Assembly: GCA_030601675.1 (NCBI GenBank)
Contig: JAUWBN010000002.1
Location: 2,150 to 66,149 of the forward strand
Direction: 5' to 3'
Source: Hadesarchaea archaeon
Lineage (GTDB): Archaea > Hadarchaeota > Hadarchaeia > Hadarchaeales > Hadarchaeaceae
DNA: 64,000 bases
Shown here piece by piece: positions 1 to 9,090 of this stretch. Every line of letters starts with the position of its first letter. The stretch's first letter is position 1. A program made the translations under genes and the position numbers. Under the pieces are notes generated by a model that saw only the letters and a program-made list of their open reading frames with translations, was not told where the DNA came from and did no database searches.

Positions 1-2
1 CC

Positions 3-1286
3 CACCTTTCCACGGAAGTTTCCTCGAAGCTGGCCGGCAAGGAGGTCGTGGTGATGGGGAGGGTCGGCGATGTCCGCGACCTCGGCGGCATCAAATTTTT
101 CATCCTCTCCGATATCTCTGGCTCCATCCAAGTCACGGCACCAAAGGCTAAAGTCGGCAAAAAGCTACTCGCCAAGATAGACGGCCTGACCCAAGAGTCG
201 GCGGTTGCTGTAAGGGGTAAAGTAGTCGCTGCAAAACAGGCCCCACGCGGCGTTGAAGTCTTTCCCTCCGAGATCAGGGTTTTAAACCTCGCCTCCGTTC
301 CCCTGCCGCTCGACCCGAGGGGACGGGTAAAAGCTAACTTAGATACTCGTCTGGACGCTCGCGCTCTGGACCTCCGTCGCTCGGAGTCGCTCGCTATATT
401 CAAAATTCGCCACCAAGCGCTCCAGACCGCACGGAATTACTTCATGTCAAGGGGGTTCATTGAGGTCAACACGCCGAAAATCGTGGCGACAGCAACCGAG
501 AGCGGGGCGGCCCTTTTTCCCATCTCCTACTTCGAACGCGAGGCTTTCCTGAGCCAGAGCCCCCAGCTCTACAAAGAGGTGCTCACGGGCTGCTTCGAGC
601 GTGTCTTCGAGGTTGGGCCGATCTTCCGCGCCGAGGAGCACGACACGCCGCGGCACCTGAACGAGGCAATTTCAATCGATATCGAGGTCGCGTACGCGGC
701 GGCGGAGGATGTGATGAAAATTCTAGAAGATTTGATTGTTGAAGTATTCTCGGACGTCAAACGAAAATGTGCCGAGGAGCTGAAGCCCCTCAACCACAAG
801 CTGGAAGTCCCAAAGAAGCCATTCCTGCGCGTAACCTACGACGAGGCCCTCAAAAAATTAGAGCGGGCGGGGGTGAAAGTCCCGTGGGGTGAGGACCTGC
901 CGACTCCAGCTGAGAAAAAACTCGGCGAACTCGTCGACGGGGCCTATTTTGTCGTTGACTGGCCGATGATTCTCAAACCATTTTATACCATGCCAAAAAA
1001 AGACACGCCAAAGTTAAGCGAGGCTTTTGACCTAATGCATAAAGGGTTAGAACTGGCATCAGGCGGGACGCGCATCCACCAAGAGGAGCTCCTCGTAAAA
1101 CAGCTTAAGCAAAAGAGATTGAACCCACAGGGCTTTGAATCACACCTTCAGAACTTTCGGGCCGGGCTTCCGCCGCATGCGGGTTTTGGTTTGGGATTGG
1201 ACCGCCTAACAATGGTTCTTACCGGCGCCGATAATATCCGGGAAGTGGTCCTGTTTCCGCGCGATAGGACAAGAATAACTCCTTAA
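3..1286 (+). CDS. aspS: aspartate--tRNA ligase, archaeal, probably non-discriminating; 5' end outside window
   Basis: OB-fold RDLGG, motif 2 FRAE, motif 3 GFGLGLDR. Frame is open to the window edge (HLSTEVSSKLAGKEV). Pro in QAPRG suggests the non-discriminating type. Confidence 0.95.
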   Translation, partial: HLSTEVSSKLAGKEVVVMGRVGDVRDLGGIKFFILSDISGSIQVTAPKAKVGKKLLAKIDGLTQESAVAVRGKVVAAKQAPRGVEVFPSEIRVLNLASVPLPLDPRGRVKANLDTRLDARALDLRRSESLAIFKIRHQALQTARNYFMSRGFIEVNTPKIVATATESGAALFPISYFEREAFLSQSPQLYKEVLTGCFERVFEVGPIFRAEEHDTPRHLNEAISIDIEVAYAAAEDVMKILEDLIVEVFSDVKRKCAEELKPLNHKLEVPKKPFLRVTYDEALKKLERAGVKVPWGEDLPTPAEKKLGELVDGAYFVVDWPMILKPFYTMPKKDTPKLSEAFDLMHKGLELASGGTRIHQEELLVKQLKQKRLNPQGFESHLQNFRAGLPPHAGFGLGLDRLTMVLTGADNIREVVLFPRDRTRITP

Positions 1287-1289
1287 CTC

Positions 1290-2477
1290 TCACATCAAGC
1301 CCTTGAGCTTCCACAAAAGTTTTGGACTAACTTTCATGAACACCTTTAGCATGTCAGTCAGGCTTATCCTGTCGAACTCTACTCCCTGCAGAGCTATCGC
1401 CAGCTTGTCGAGCTCCTCATCGGACATACCCAAAAGCACTTCCTTTGCCCTGAGGTAGCGCTCCAGCTTCTTTTCCATCTGCTCGCGCCAGCGCCACTCA
1501 TACTCGCCCAGTCTTTTCTCCGAGGTGTCACCTTCGCTTACCGCCTTAGCCGCCACCTCTCCCGCGATGTTACCAGCACGCATGGCAGGATCGATGCCGC
1601 CACCCGTTAAAGCGTTCACCTGTCTCGCCGCGTCACCAACCACGAGCAAGTTGTCCTTCACCGTCCGCTTGATGGGCCCGCTAACCGGCACGCCCCCCCC
1701 GTTTATCTCGATTATTTTCCCTTTCGAAAGGCTCGGCATGCGCGCGACGAAATCTCGGAGGTACTCGATCGGCCGTCGCTCGGCTCGGCTTCCGAGGACA
1801 CCCAGCCCAACGTTCGCCATATCCTCGCCCTTCGGGAACACCCAGCAATACCCACCGGGCACGATCTTGTTCCCAAAATAATATTCCATCATCGAGGGGG
1901 ATTCGAAATTTATTCCCACCATCTGAAATTGAACGCCTGTTTCGATGTCATCCAATTTTAGAGCTGTGTTTAGTCCCGCCCAGCGAGCCACCCTGGAGCC
2001 AACGCCATCGGCTGCGATTATGATCTCTGCTCTTACCTCAAGCCTGCCGCTCGCTCCCCGCGCTCTTACCCCTTTGGGCTTGCCGTTCTCTAAAATCAGT
2101 CCATCGACCATTGTTCCGACCTCGATGTCAGCCCCTTCCTTAACTGCAAGGGTTGCGAGATGCTTGTCGAAAATTTTGCGGTCGAGGATGTAGCCGACCT
2201 TGCCAACGACTTTTCGTTCGGCTATGCGCACCTCGATGCCCGAAGGCGAAACAAGCTTCACCACATTTGTCTTGCCAAGTGCCCAGCGGGGGTTCGGCTT
2301 AATGTCTAGCTCCTTCAAAACATCTTCATTCAGGGCCTCGCCACACTGCACCGGTACACCCAACTCGCGGCGCTTGTCAAACAACAAGACGCTTGCCCCC
2401 TCACGTGCAGCAGCTCGTGCAGCCATCGACCCGGCTGGACCCGCCCCTACCACCACGATGTCATACTTTTCTCTCAA
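1290..2477 (-). CDS. digeranylgeranylglycerophospholipid reductase (geranylgeranyl reductase family)
   Basis: GAGPAG FAD motif, PVQCGE, YCWVFP and GDAA...GGGI motifs. Confidence 0.9.
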   Translation of the reverse strand: MREKYDIVVVGAGPAGSMAARAAAREGASVLLFDKRRELGVPVQCGEALNEDVLKELDIKPNPRWALGKTNVVKLVSPSGIEVRIAERKVVGKVGYILDRKIFDKHLATLAVKEGADIEVGTMVDGLILENGKPKGVRARGASGRLEVRAEIIIAADGVGSRVARWAGLNTALKLDDIETGVQFQMVGINFESPSMMEYYFGNKIVPGGYCWVFPKGEDMANVGLGVLGSRAERRPIEYLRDFVARMPSLSKGKIIEINGGGVPVSGPIKRTVKDNLLVVGDAARQVNALTGGGIDPAMRAGNIAGEVAAKAVSEGDTSEKRLGEYEWRWREQMEKKLERYLRAKEVLLGMSDEELDKLAIALQGVEFDRISLTDMLKVFMKVSPKLLWKLKGLM

Positions 2478-2640
2478 CCGCTATCGCCCCTATCGGACAA
2501 ACCTTGGCACAGAGCCCGCATTCCGTGCAGCCCTCTTGGATGCGCACTTCGGTGGTTGAAACCTCAATCGCGTTTGTGGGGCATACGCCTGAACAAGCAC
2601 CGCACAGAATGCATACGCTCGCATCTACCTTCACACTCAT
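2461..2640 (-). CDS. 2x[4Fe-4S] ferredoxin, 59 aa (not in ORF track)
   Basis: Hand translation MSVKVDASVCILCGACSGVCPTNAIEVSTTEVRIQEGCTECGLCAKVCPIGAIAVERKV; two CxxCxxCxxxCP motifs. Confidence 0.95.
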   Translation of the reverse strand: MSVKVDASVCILCGACSGVCPTNAIEVSTTEVRIQEGCTECGLCAKVCPIGAIAVERKV

Positions 2641-3911
2641 TCAAACTCCATCAGGGTACGTTGTCCCCCGAGCTTTTGAGCTTTGGCCAGCTCGAGAGGG
2701 ATTTCGAGGTGACCGTATCGTCCCCCTCCACCCGGGATTACCCTTAACTCGCCCCCTCTAAATGCCCTGATCACTGCCGCAATTTTCCCCCCGGCTGCAT
2801 TCGCGAGTTCCTCCGCGGGCACATCTATGAGAACTTCGATCTCGTTGCCGAAGCGCGTGACGAGCTTTTCCCACATCGATTGGACCTCCGGCGCGTGAGC
2901 ATTGTTTTCTCCCAGCGCCAATGCAATGACCTCGGCGAGCGGCGCTATTCGCAGATAACTCGGGCGATGGGGCGGATGTTTTGGCTCTGGGTAATCGGCG
3001 AGCTCGTTGACGCGGTCCCGGACCCCCTTCTTGACCCACCCGCCGCACTTGTCGCATCGCCATCGTGCCGACTTCGCCTGCTCTAGCTCGAACTGCTTGT
3101 AGCAGCGAGAGCATGCCGAGCGATGATATTTGCCGAGCCTTGGGTCGAAGCCAACGTTGAGCACGATACGCCGCCCGTTTTCCCGCTTGATCGCCTTGAT
3201 GACCTCAGCGTAAGTTGGCTCCGCCAGCTCGAAGCGGTTGAACTCGCGCCCCAGTTTGTCTGGCCAAGGGGAGTGGGCATCGCTGTTCGACATGAAGGTG
3301 ACCTCTTGAAGCTCCGCGATTCGGTCGGCCATGAGGGTATCCGCACTCAGCCCAAGCTCCAAGAATTTCACGTCAGGGGCTCGATCGCCGTAGCAAGCCC
3401 GCATGCTATCAAATTCCTTGTACATGCTCGTCCAAGGGGTGAACGCGTGCCCAGGACCGATCAAACAATCGTGTGCTAATGCTATGTCAACGATCTCAGG
3501 AGCACCCAACTCAACTCGTGCACGCCCATCTACATTTATATCACTTGAATGCTTCGCTAGCTCCTCACGCACGCTTTCGATGGCGGCGAGGGCGGGTAAA
3601 AAAATTAGGTGGTGTACGCGGTGTTTGTCTTCGACCTCGACCGTTAAGATGAAGCGAGTGTGGTAGCGGGGGTGCTCGAAGGTGCCCTCCGCGACCTCTA
3701 CCAGCTCCGCCTTAATGCTCTCAACCCATCTCGGGTGAAAAACATCGCCCGTGCCCACGAATGCCAGTCCCTTGAGTTTGGCCTGCTGCGCGATCGTGTC
3801 CAAAACCATCCTTGTGGAAGTCGCGCCCGAGTATCTGGAATGTATATGTAGGTCGGCGGGGTAGGTTTGGAGTTCTGGCAAGTCAATACCTACTCGATGT
3901 TGCGGGTTCAA
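2637..3911 (-). CDS. endonuclease Q family (TIGR00375-like PHP domain plus Zn finger); true start may be ~30 nt downstream
   Basis: DLHIHS, SDAHS, GKYH..CxxC..CxxC, GGGGRYG, C-terminal PIP-like QRTLMEF. Confidence 0.88.
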   Translation of the reverse strand: MNPQHRVGIDLPELQTYPADLHIHSRYSGATSTRMVLDTIAQQAKLKGLAFVGTGDVFHPRWVESIKAELVEVAEGTFEHPRYHTRFILTVEVEDKHRVHHLIFLPALAAIESVREELAKHSSDINVDGRARVELGAPEIVDIALAHDCLIGPGHAFTPWTSMYKEFDSMRACYGDRAPDVKFLELGLSADTLMADRIAELQEVTFMSNSDAHSPWPDKLGREFNRFELAEPTYAEVIKAIKRENGRRIVLNVGFDPRLGKYHRSACSRCYKQFELEQAKSARWRCDKCGGWVKKGVRDRVNELADYPEPKHPPHRPSYLRIAPLAEVIALALGENNAHAPEVQSMWEKLVTRFGNEIEVLIDVPAEELANAAGGKIAAVIRAFRGGELRVIPGGGGRYGHLEIPLELAKAQKLGGQRTLMEFE

Positions 3912-3944
3912 CGTTTTAAAAGCTTAAGAGAATTCTGCTTATCC

Positions 3945-5288
3945 TCATATCCAAGGCTCATCCACCGACCAAATGTCCAAGAGGTCACGCTGGCTCCAGC
4001 AACTGCTGCAATAAATTGGATTTTCAAAAATCACCACCACCTGCATTGCACATGTTGAATTATCACAATGTTCTAACCCAAGGCAATGTCCCACCTCGTG
4101 AAGCAAGATAGTTCTCTCGCGATCGAGGCGCTCGGGTAAGTACTTTCCATTTAAAGCCGCCCCATAGTCCTCTCTCGCCAACCCCCCCCTTTGCTCCTCT
4201 TCCTCAAGTTCGTTCGCGTAAAAAACATAGAGGTGAGTCGTGGGGTTGTCGTGGGACTGGCTCTCTATCAGTACTAACTCCTGGATACTGATCGACTCGG
4301 GCGAAACGCCAATTGCTGCTAGTTTGCTATTTGTAATCTCGTCTTGAATCACCTCAACCACCACGCCCAAATCGTGCTCAAAATAGGACTCTATGTAGCT
4401 GATCGCCTCTGGCGCCGGAGCGTGGCCTGACATATAGTCTATCTCAAGGTAGAGGCGTGGATATGCTGGAGCATTTTCGATTTGTTGCGCCACACTCGAT
4501 GCATCAAAAAGGTCGGTGTTGTAGAGTACTTCCAAGAGATCGCTCAGTCCATCTCCATCCGTATCTGTTGCTCTGGGGTCCGAAAGATAGGTGTTGTACT
4601 CCACCCAATCGCTTAGGTTATCCCCATCTGAGTCTTTGGAAAGTGGGTCTGATGAAATATCGTGGGATACGTCGTTCACCGTTATCGACCACCCACTTAC
4701 CTCCAACCCATCAAGCAACCTATCGTTGTCGGTGTCGTTGTCTGATGGATTCGTCCCATAAATGCTGATCTCTGGGCCATCGAGAAGCCCATCGTTGTCG
4801 GTGTCTGTACTGTCCGGGTTAGTGTGATGGGTGTGGTACTCGTCCCAATCGTTTAAACTATCTCCATCTGAATCGCTGGACAATGGGTTTGATGCCACGT
4901 GCTGAGTTTGGTTGTTTACCGTTATGGACCAACCATCTAATTCCAACTTGTCGGCTAGGTTGTCGTCATCGGTATCCGCGCTATTGGGATTGGTGAAGTA
5001 AGTGTGACATTCATTCCAATCGTTTAGATTATCCTCATCTGAATCTACGGAAAGTGGATTCGATTTCACGTAGACCGAGGGGCCGTTCACCGTTATCCAC
5101 CAGCCGTTCACCTCCAAGCCGTCGGATAGCCCATCGCCGTCCGTATCTGGATTTCCGAAGTCAGTCCCCAGTAGAATCTCGTCCAAGTTTGACAGCCCAT
5201 CCCCATCCGAGTCCATCAGAAAAAACACGGGAATGACAATGGCTAATGTCACGATGATTGCCACGAGGACCAGAATGGCTTTTCTCAT
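3945..5288 (-). CDS. membrane-anchored protein with Ca-binding DxDxD (TSP3-like) repeats and C-terminal metzincin-type Zn protease domain
   Basis: N-terminal hydrophobic helix, nine D[ST]DxDx[LI]xD-like motifs, HEVGHCLGLEH. Confidence 0.75.
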   Translation of the reverse strand: MRKAILVLVAIIVTLAIVIPVFFLMDSDGDGLSNLDEILLGTDFGNPDTDGDGLSDGLEVNGWWITVNGPSVYVKSNPLSVDSDEDNLNDWNECHTYFTNPNSADTDDDNLADKLELDGWSITVNNQTQHVASNPLSSDSDGDSLNDWDEYHTHHTNPDSTDTDNDGLLDGPEISIYGTNPSDNDTDNDRLLDGLEVSGWSITVNDVSHDISSDPLSKDSDGDNLSDWVEYNTYLSDPRATDTDGDGLSDLLEVLYNTDLFDASSVAQQIENAPAYPRLYLEIDYMSGHAPAPEAISYIESYFEHDLGVVVEVIQDEITNSKLAAIGVSPESISIQELVLIESQSHDNPTTHLYVFYANELEEEEQRGGLAREDYGAALNGKYLPERLDRERTILLHEVGHCLGLEHCDNSTCAMQVVVIFENPIYCSSCWSQRDLLDIWSVDEPWI

Positions 5289-5332
5289 TACTACCCTCGT
5301 ATCACAAACGTCGATTATCTAGAAAAACAATT

Positions 5333-6100
5333 CTACCCGATGTACCAAGCCTCTTCCTCTTCACGCCGCCGCTCCTTGCGCACGCGGAGCTCCATCTCCC
5401 TCCGAATCCGATCAAGCGTGCGCTCCGTTTCCCTCGCGCGGCGTTCGAGGGCGCTCATGTCAATCTTGATGCCCAACACACCAACGAGTACCTCGAGTAC
5501 CACCTGCGCAGCGCGGTGATCGACCACCATACCATGAGTTTCACCAAGCAGGCATATCCCCCGCATCCCGCGCAGCCTTCCTAGCCCCAGCAACAGGCCG
5601 GCGGCTCCGATTATCGGTCCCCCTCCCTTCTCCACCGTGACGCCGTGCTTGCGGAACTCCTCTAAGAGTGCGTGGTCGCCCACTCCCACAACTCTCGGCT
5701 TCCCCTTCGAATACTTACCCGTCGCGTACCCGCCAAGGGTGAAAAGCTGCTTCACATTGAACTGCTCGATAACATCAAGGATGCGCTCAACGACCTCGTA
5801 GTGCCCCTCGGGGGAAACGGGCTGCACATCCCCGACCAAAATTACAACGTCTTTGCCGTCGGTGCGTGCCCAGTAAAATTCGTTCCTCAGCGGCTTTAGC
5901 GTGCCGTTCGCTTGGACCGCAACGTGATGGGGAAAGTGGGGTGAGCAGAGCTCGGCAAATTTCTTGGCGTGAAGCTCCTCCAGCAAGTGCTCCGCCGCCA
6001 GCTTCCCAACGTACCCCATACCCGGCAAGCCCTCGATCAGGATCGGCGCCTTTAGCTTGGGCTTCGAGATGACGTTGACCGTCGTCTTTTCCATATTCAC
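5333..6100 (-). CDS. proteasome assembly chaperone (PAC2) family protein
   Basis: IEGLPGMGYVG, TLGGY, IIGAAGLLLG, LLGET; conserved position after nop10. Confidence 0.9.
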   Translation of the reverse strand: MNMEKTTVNVISKPKLKAPILIEGLPGMGYVGKLAAEHLLEELHAKKFAELCSPHFPHHVAVQANGTLKPLRNEFYWARTDGKDVVILVGDVQPVSPEGHYEVVERILDVIEQFNVKQLFTLGGYATGKYSKGKPRVVGVGDHALLEEFRKHGVTVEKGGGPIIGAAGLLLGLGRLRGMRGICLLGETHGMVVDHRAAQVVLEVLVGVLGIKIDMSALERRARETERTLDRIRREMELRVRKERRREEEEAWYIG

Positions 6101-6258
6101 GCCTCCCCAGCCTGCTTTTTCAACATCCGTCGGTATTTACCGTAGGGGTCGAGCGGGGAGAATTTGGGTGGATGGGGTGAGATCGTCCGCCCTCCACAAC
6201 TTGGGCACACGTCCTTGAGCGTGTACGCGCCACACGACTTGCACTTTTTTAGTTTCAT
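6097..6258 (-). CDS. nop10: H/ACA RNP protein Nop10, 53 aa (not in ORF track)
   Basis: Hand translation MKLKKCKSCGAYTLKDVCPSCGGRTISPHPPKFSPLDPYGKYRR. Confidence 0.95.
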   Translation of the reverse strand: MKLKKCKSCGAYTLKDVCPSCGGRTISPHPPKFSPLDPYGKYRRMLKKQAGEA

Positions 6259-6261
6259 CCA

Positions 6262-7053
6262 CTACCCCGCCCTGTGAAATTCTCCTCTCCCACCCGCCTT
6301 CTTCACGGCTGCGATGGCCCCCTCAACCGCCTTCTGCATCGCGCTCTCGGCTGCTTTATAGGAAGGGGCAGTGACCTCGATGCGATACCGCGGCGAGCCC
6401 ACGTAATAGAACTCCACGTCGATCTCGTTTCCCTTCGTAGAGTCGCGGGCGTCCGTCATGGCTGATTTTACCACTTCTACGCCGTTGGGGGAGGGGCAGC
6501 TCAGATCTGTGTAACCAACGACCTTATAAGACGGTGGTTCGACGGCGGAAGCCGCGACCTCGCTGAGCGCGTCCACCCAACGCCGCTCCTTAACTACCTC
6601 GGTTAGGGTGCCCTTATCCTTCGCAGCTGACTCGAGTGCCGAGTAGAGATCACCAAATTTGTCCTGCAGCACAAAGCCCACCTCCTCGTAGGCTTCGTCG
6701 AGACTCTTTTCGAGCTTGCCCGCCGCCAGCTCGAGGAGCTTCTCGGCCCTCTGCTCCCGTTTCAACTGCTGCGTCTTCCACCGACGCTCGCTATCCTTGA
6801 CCCTGCGGAGCGAGAGATCGACATGCTTTCGTTTCGAATCCACATCCAAAACCTTGCACACTGCCTTTTGTCCCTCCCGAACGTAATCACGAATGTTTTT
6901 AATCCAACCCGAAGCGACCTCCGATATGTGGACCATCCCCTCCTCCCCGCCGTATTCATCGAGCCCCATGAATGCGCCTTGGGTGAAAACCTTCGTCACC
7001 GTGCACATGACGAACTCATCGATGGTTGGCCACTCCGACTTGCGCCTCACCAA
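6262..7053 (-). CDS. eif2a: translation initiation factor aIF2 alpha
   Basis: S1 domain with VHISEVASGWIKNIRDYV, IDLSLRRV-like motif, YVGSPRYRI. Confidence 0.95.
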   Translation of the reverse strand: MVRRKSEWPTIDEFVMCTVTKVFTQGAFMGLDEYGGEEGMVHISEVASGWIKNIRDYVREGQKAVCKVLDVDSKRKHVDLSLRRVKDSERRWKTQQLKREQRAEKLLELAAGKLEKSLDEAYEEVGFVLQDKFGDLYSALESAAKDKGTLTEVVKERRWVDALSEVAASAVEPPSYKVVGYTDLSCPSPNGVEVVKSAMTDARDSTKGNEIDVEFYYVGSPRYRIEVTAPSYKAAESAMQKAVEGAIAAVKKAGGRGEFHRAG

Positions 7054-7066
7054 TTTAACGCCTCCT

Positions 7067-7246
7067 TCACTCCATCTCCTCGAGGATCATGACCTTTATC
7101 TCCGCCTTCCCCCCACGGGGCACCGCGAGCGTCTTGCCACACACCTTGCATCTGACGACGGAGCTAACATGACTGTACACCAACTGTTCGTTCTCGCAAT
7201 CACTACATCGGACCCTCAAAAACCTCGAACGCTGTTTTTCTTGCAT
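7067..7246 (-). CDS. rps27e: 30S ribosomal protein S27e, 59 aa (not in ORF track)
   Basis: Hand translation [50 protein letters not shown]. Confidence 0.95.
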   Translation of the reverse strand: MQEKQRSRFLRVRCSDCENEQLVYSHVSSVVRCKVCGKTLAVPRGGKAEIKVMILEEME

Positions 7247-7254
7247 TTCTCCAC

Positions 7255-7533
7255 TTACTCCTCAAACTTCACACTCTTCGCCCTGAAACCGCGGTGGGGG
7301 TGGGACTTCCCGCAGACTTTGCACTTGAGCATCAAGACGACTTTTTTTGCCGTCTTTGTAAATTTCTTCTGCTCAGACCTCGGCTGGCTGCCATAACCGG
7401 ACGTGACACGCCCGAACTGGCGCTGCCCCCAGCTCAACGGGCGGGCGGAGCGCTTTTTTAGCTGAGAAACACCGTGCTCCGTGTGCTTCCTACAGGACGG
7501 GCAATAGGTGCGGAGTTTTTTTGGGATTATCAT
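7255..7533 (-). CDS. rpl44e: 50S ribosomal protein L44e
   Basis: [20 protein letters not shown]...GYGSQP...LKCKVCGK; start moved to ATG at 7533. Confidence 0.93.
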   Translation of the reverse strand: MIIPKKLRTYCPSCRKHTEHGVSQLKKRSARPLSWGQRQFGRVTSGYGSQPRSEQKKFTKTAKKVVLMLKCKVCGKSHPHRGFRAKSVKFEE

Positions 7534-7582
7534 ACTATCTCTCGAAAAACTTCGGCCTCTTCCCAAAAAAAGGTATCGCCGG

Positions 7583-8137
7583 CTAAACCTTGACCTCGAT
7601 CTTTCTCGCGAGACCATGCTTCACCATGAGCTCGGCGCTGCGCCTCGGCAGGCTGGTTATCTCGCCCCTCTTGAACGGTCCGTATTGTCGGAGGTCGTCG
7701 CCGACTATGGGTGGAACCTCGGTCTGCACGATCAATAAAACATTTGTTATCTCGCGAGGCGCCGCGAGTTCCGCCTTCCCGGTCATCGTTGAGGAGACGA
7801 GTTCGGTGTAAAGCTTCTCCAAGCTCTGCCTTATCTCGCTGAACGCGTAGCGCTCGCGTTCCAACAGGGGGGCCGGCAGCCTCCCCTGCGCTATTTCATC
7901 GATGGCCTTAAACACTCGAGAAAGGTGGATCTCCTGGACCATCCAAAACACATTTCGGAGTTCTTCCTGCAGCAGCTCCCCTCGCAGGGGTTCGCCGTGC
8001 TTGAGCTCGAAGTTCAGCTGTGCCACATATCTGGCTGCATTTTGGTAGAATTCCTCTGAAATCTCCGCGAGTTCGCGTGAAGTTTTTTCCGCCAACCACG
8101 CCCGCTTCACGTCCTCATATGAAAATTCGGTCATCAA
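7583..8137 (-). CDS. GINS subunit, Gins51 type (A domain then B domain)
   Basis: ELAEISEEFY A-domain, C-terminal IVGDDLRQYGPFKRGEITSLPRRSA B-domain; follows priS. Confidence 0.8.
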   Translation of the reverse strand: MMTEFSYEDVKRAWLAEKTSRELAEISEEFYQNAARYVAQLNFELKHGEPLRGELLQEELRNVFWMVQEIHLSRVFKAIDEIAQGRLPAPLLERERYAFSEIRQSLEKLYTELVSSTMTGKAELAAPREITNVLLIVQTEVPPIVGDDLRQYGPFKRGEITSLPRRSAELMVKHGLARKIEVKV

Positions 8138-9090
8138 TGCCCACGCTCACGTACAAATTTTGGGACTGCGTCTTCCAGCTTGAAACGCTCCATATCCCGC
8201 ACGAGTACGCATTTCATACTGACGCCGGAGTGTAGGCTCGAGGGCAAACGCAAAATGCGCTTTGTGTCGATTGTGACCTTCCCATCGGTGAACCCTGAGT
8301 TCAGCCTAACCAAAAATTCCAAGAGTTGCCGAAAGGTCTTTGGGCCAAGCCCTCCGAGCGTGGAAATCTCATCCAGTTTCCCCCCACGTATCACACCCAG
8401 AACCCTCTCCTTCTCTGCCATGAGCTTTTGGACTACTGACTTTCTTAGTCCACGAGTTTTCGAAAGATGTTCTTCACCTAACCCCTCAAAGGTCCGCGCG
8501 AGGCGCTCCCTGAAGACTTTAGAATAGCCGAGCGCCATCGTAACATCGGTTGGGATCACGCCGCCGGTGATGTACTCAACGATTTGACCCCGCTCGGTCT
8601 GCTCCAGCGTCATTATCGCGTCGTCGATCACTCGGATGTGAAAGCCGCGGCCGGAATATACAAAGTTGATGTTGCGCAGCCCCAGATCCTTGCTCATGGT
8701 TTCAGCAAACTCCATCGCGACTCGACGGGCCTCATCGATGCATCGTTCACAAACGCTCCCGGAGGCACAGCCGCAACTCTTCAAGGGGAGGTCCTTTGCG
8801 TCGATGTCTAAGGCAAGTTCGGATTTCATCCACCCCTTCCGCATCGACGGCTGCTCGTAAAGTGCGACGCTGGCGAACACGGAATAGGGGGCCCTGTTCT
8901 GTAAATACTCCGCCAGCTGCTCGACGGTCATGAACTGATTGTACCTGTGGCTCGGCCCTGTGCCATCCAAATCGAACCCGAACTCACGTAGGGAGAGGGT
9001 GTGAAGGATGAAATCGGGCAACTCGCGTTTGTTCCATTCCTCAGAGTAAAATTGCCTTCGCTCCTCAAGGGTCGCTTCACGCATTTCCAT
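8134..9090 (-). CDS. priS: DNA primase small subunit
   Basis: REFGFD, ELALDID, YSGRGFH, DGKVTIDTKRILRLPSSLH. Confidence 0.95.
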   Translation of the reverse strand: MEMREATLEERRQFYSEEWNKRELPDFILHTLSLREFGFDLDGTGPSHRYNQFMTVEQLAEYLQNRAPYSVFASVALYEQPSMRKGWMKSELALDIDAKDLPLKSCGCASGSVCERCIDEARRVAMEFAETMSKDLGLRNINFVYSGRGFHIRVIDDAIMTLEQTERGQIVEYITGGVIPTDVTMALGYSKVFRERLARTFEGLGEEHLSKTRGLRKSVVQKLMAEKERVLGVIRGGKLDEISTLGGLGPKTFRQLLEFLVRLNSGFTDGKVTIDTKRILRLPSSLHSGVSMKCVLVRDMERFKLEDAVPKFVRERGH

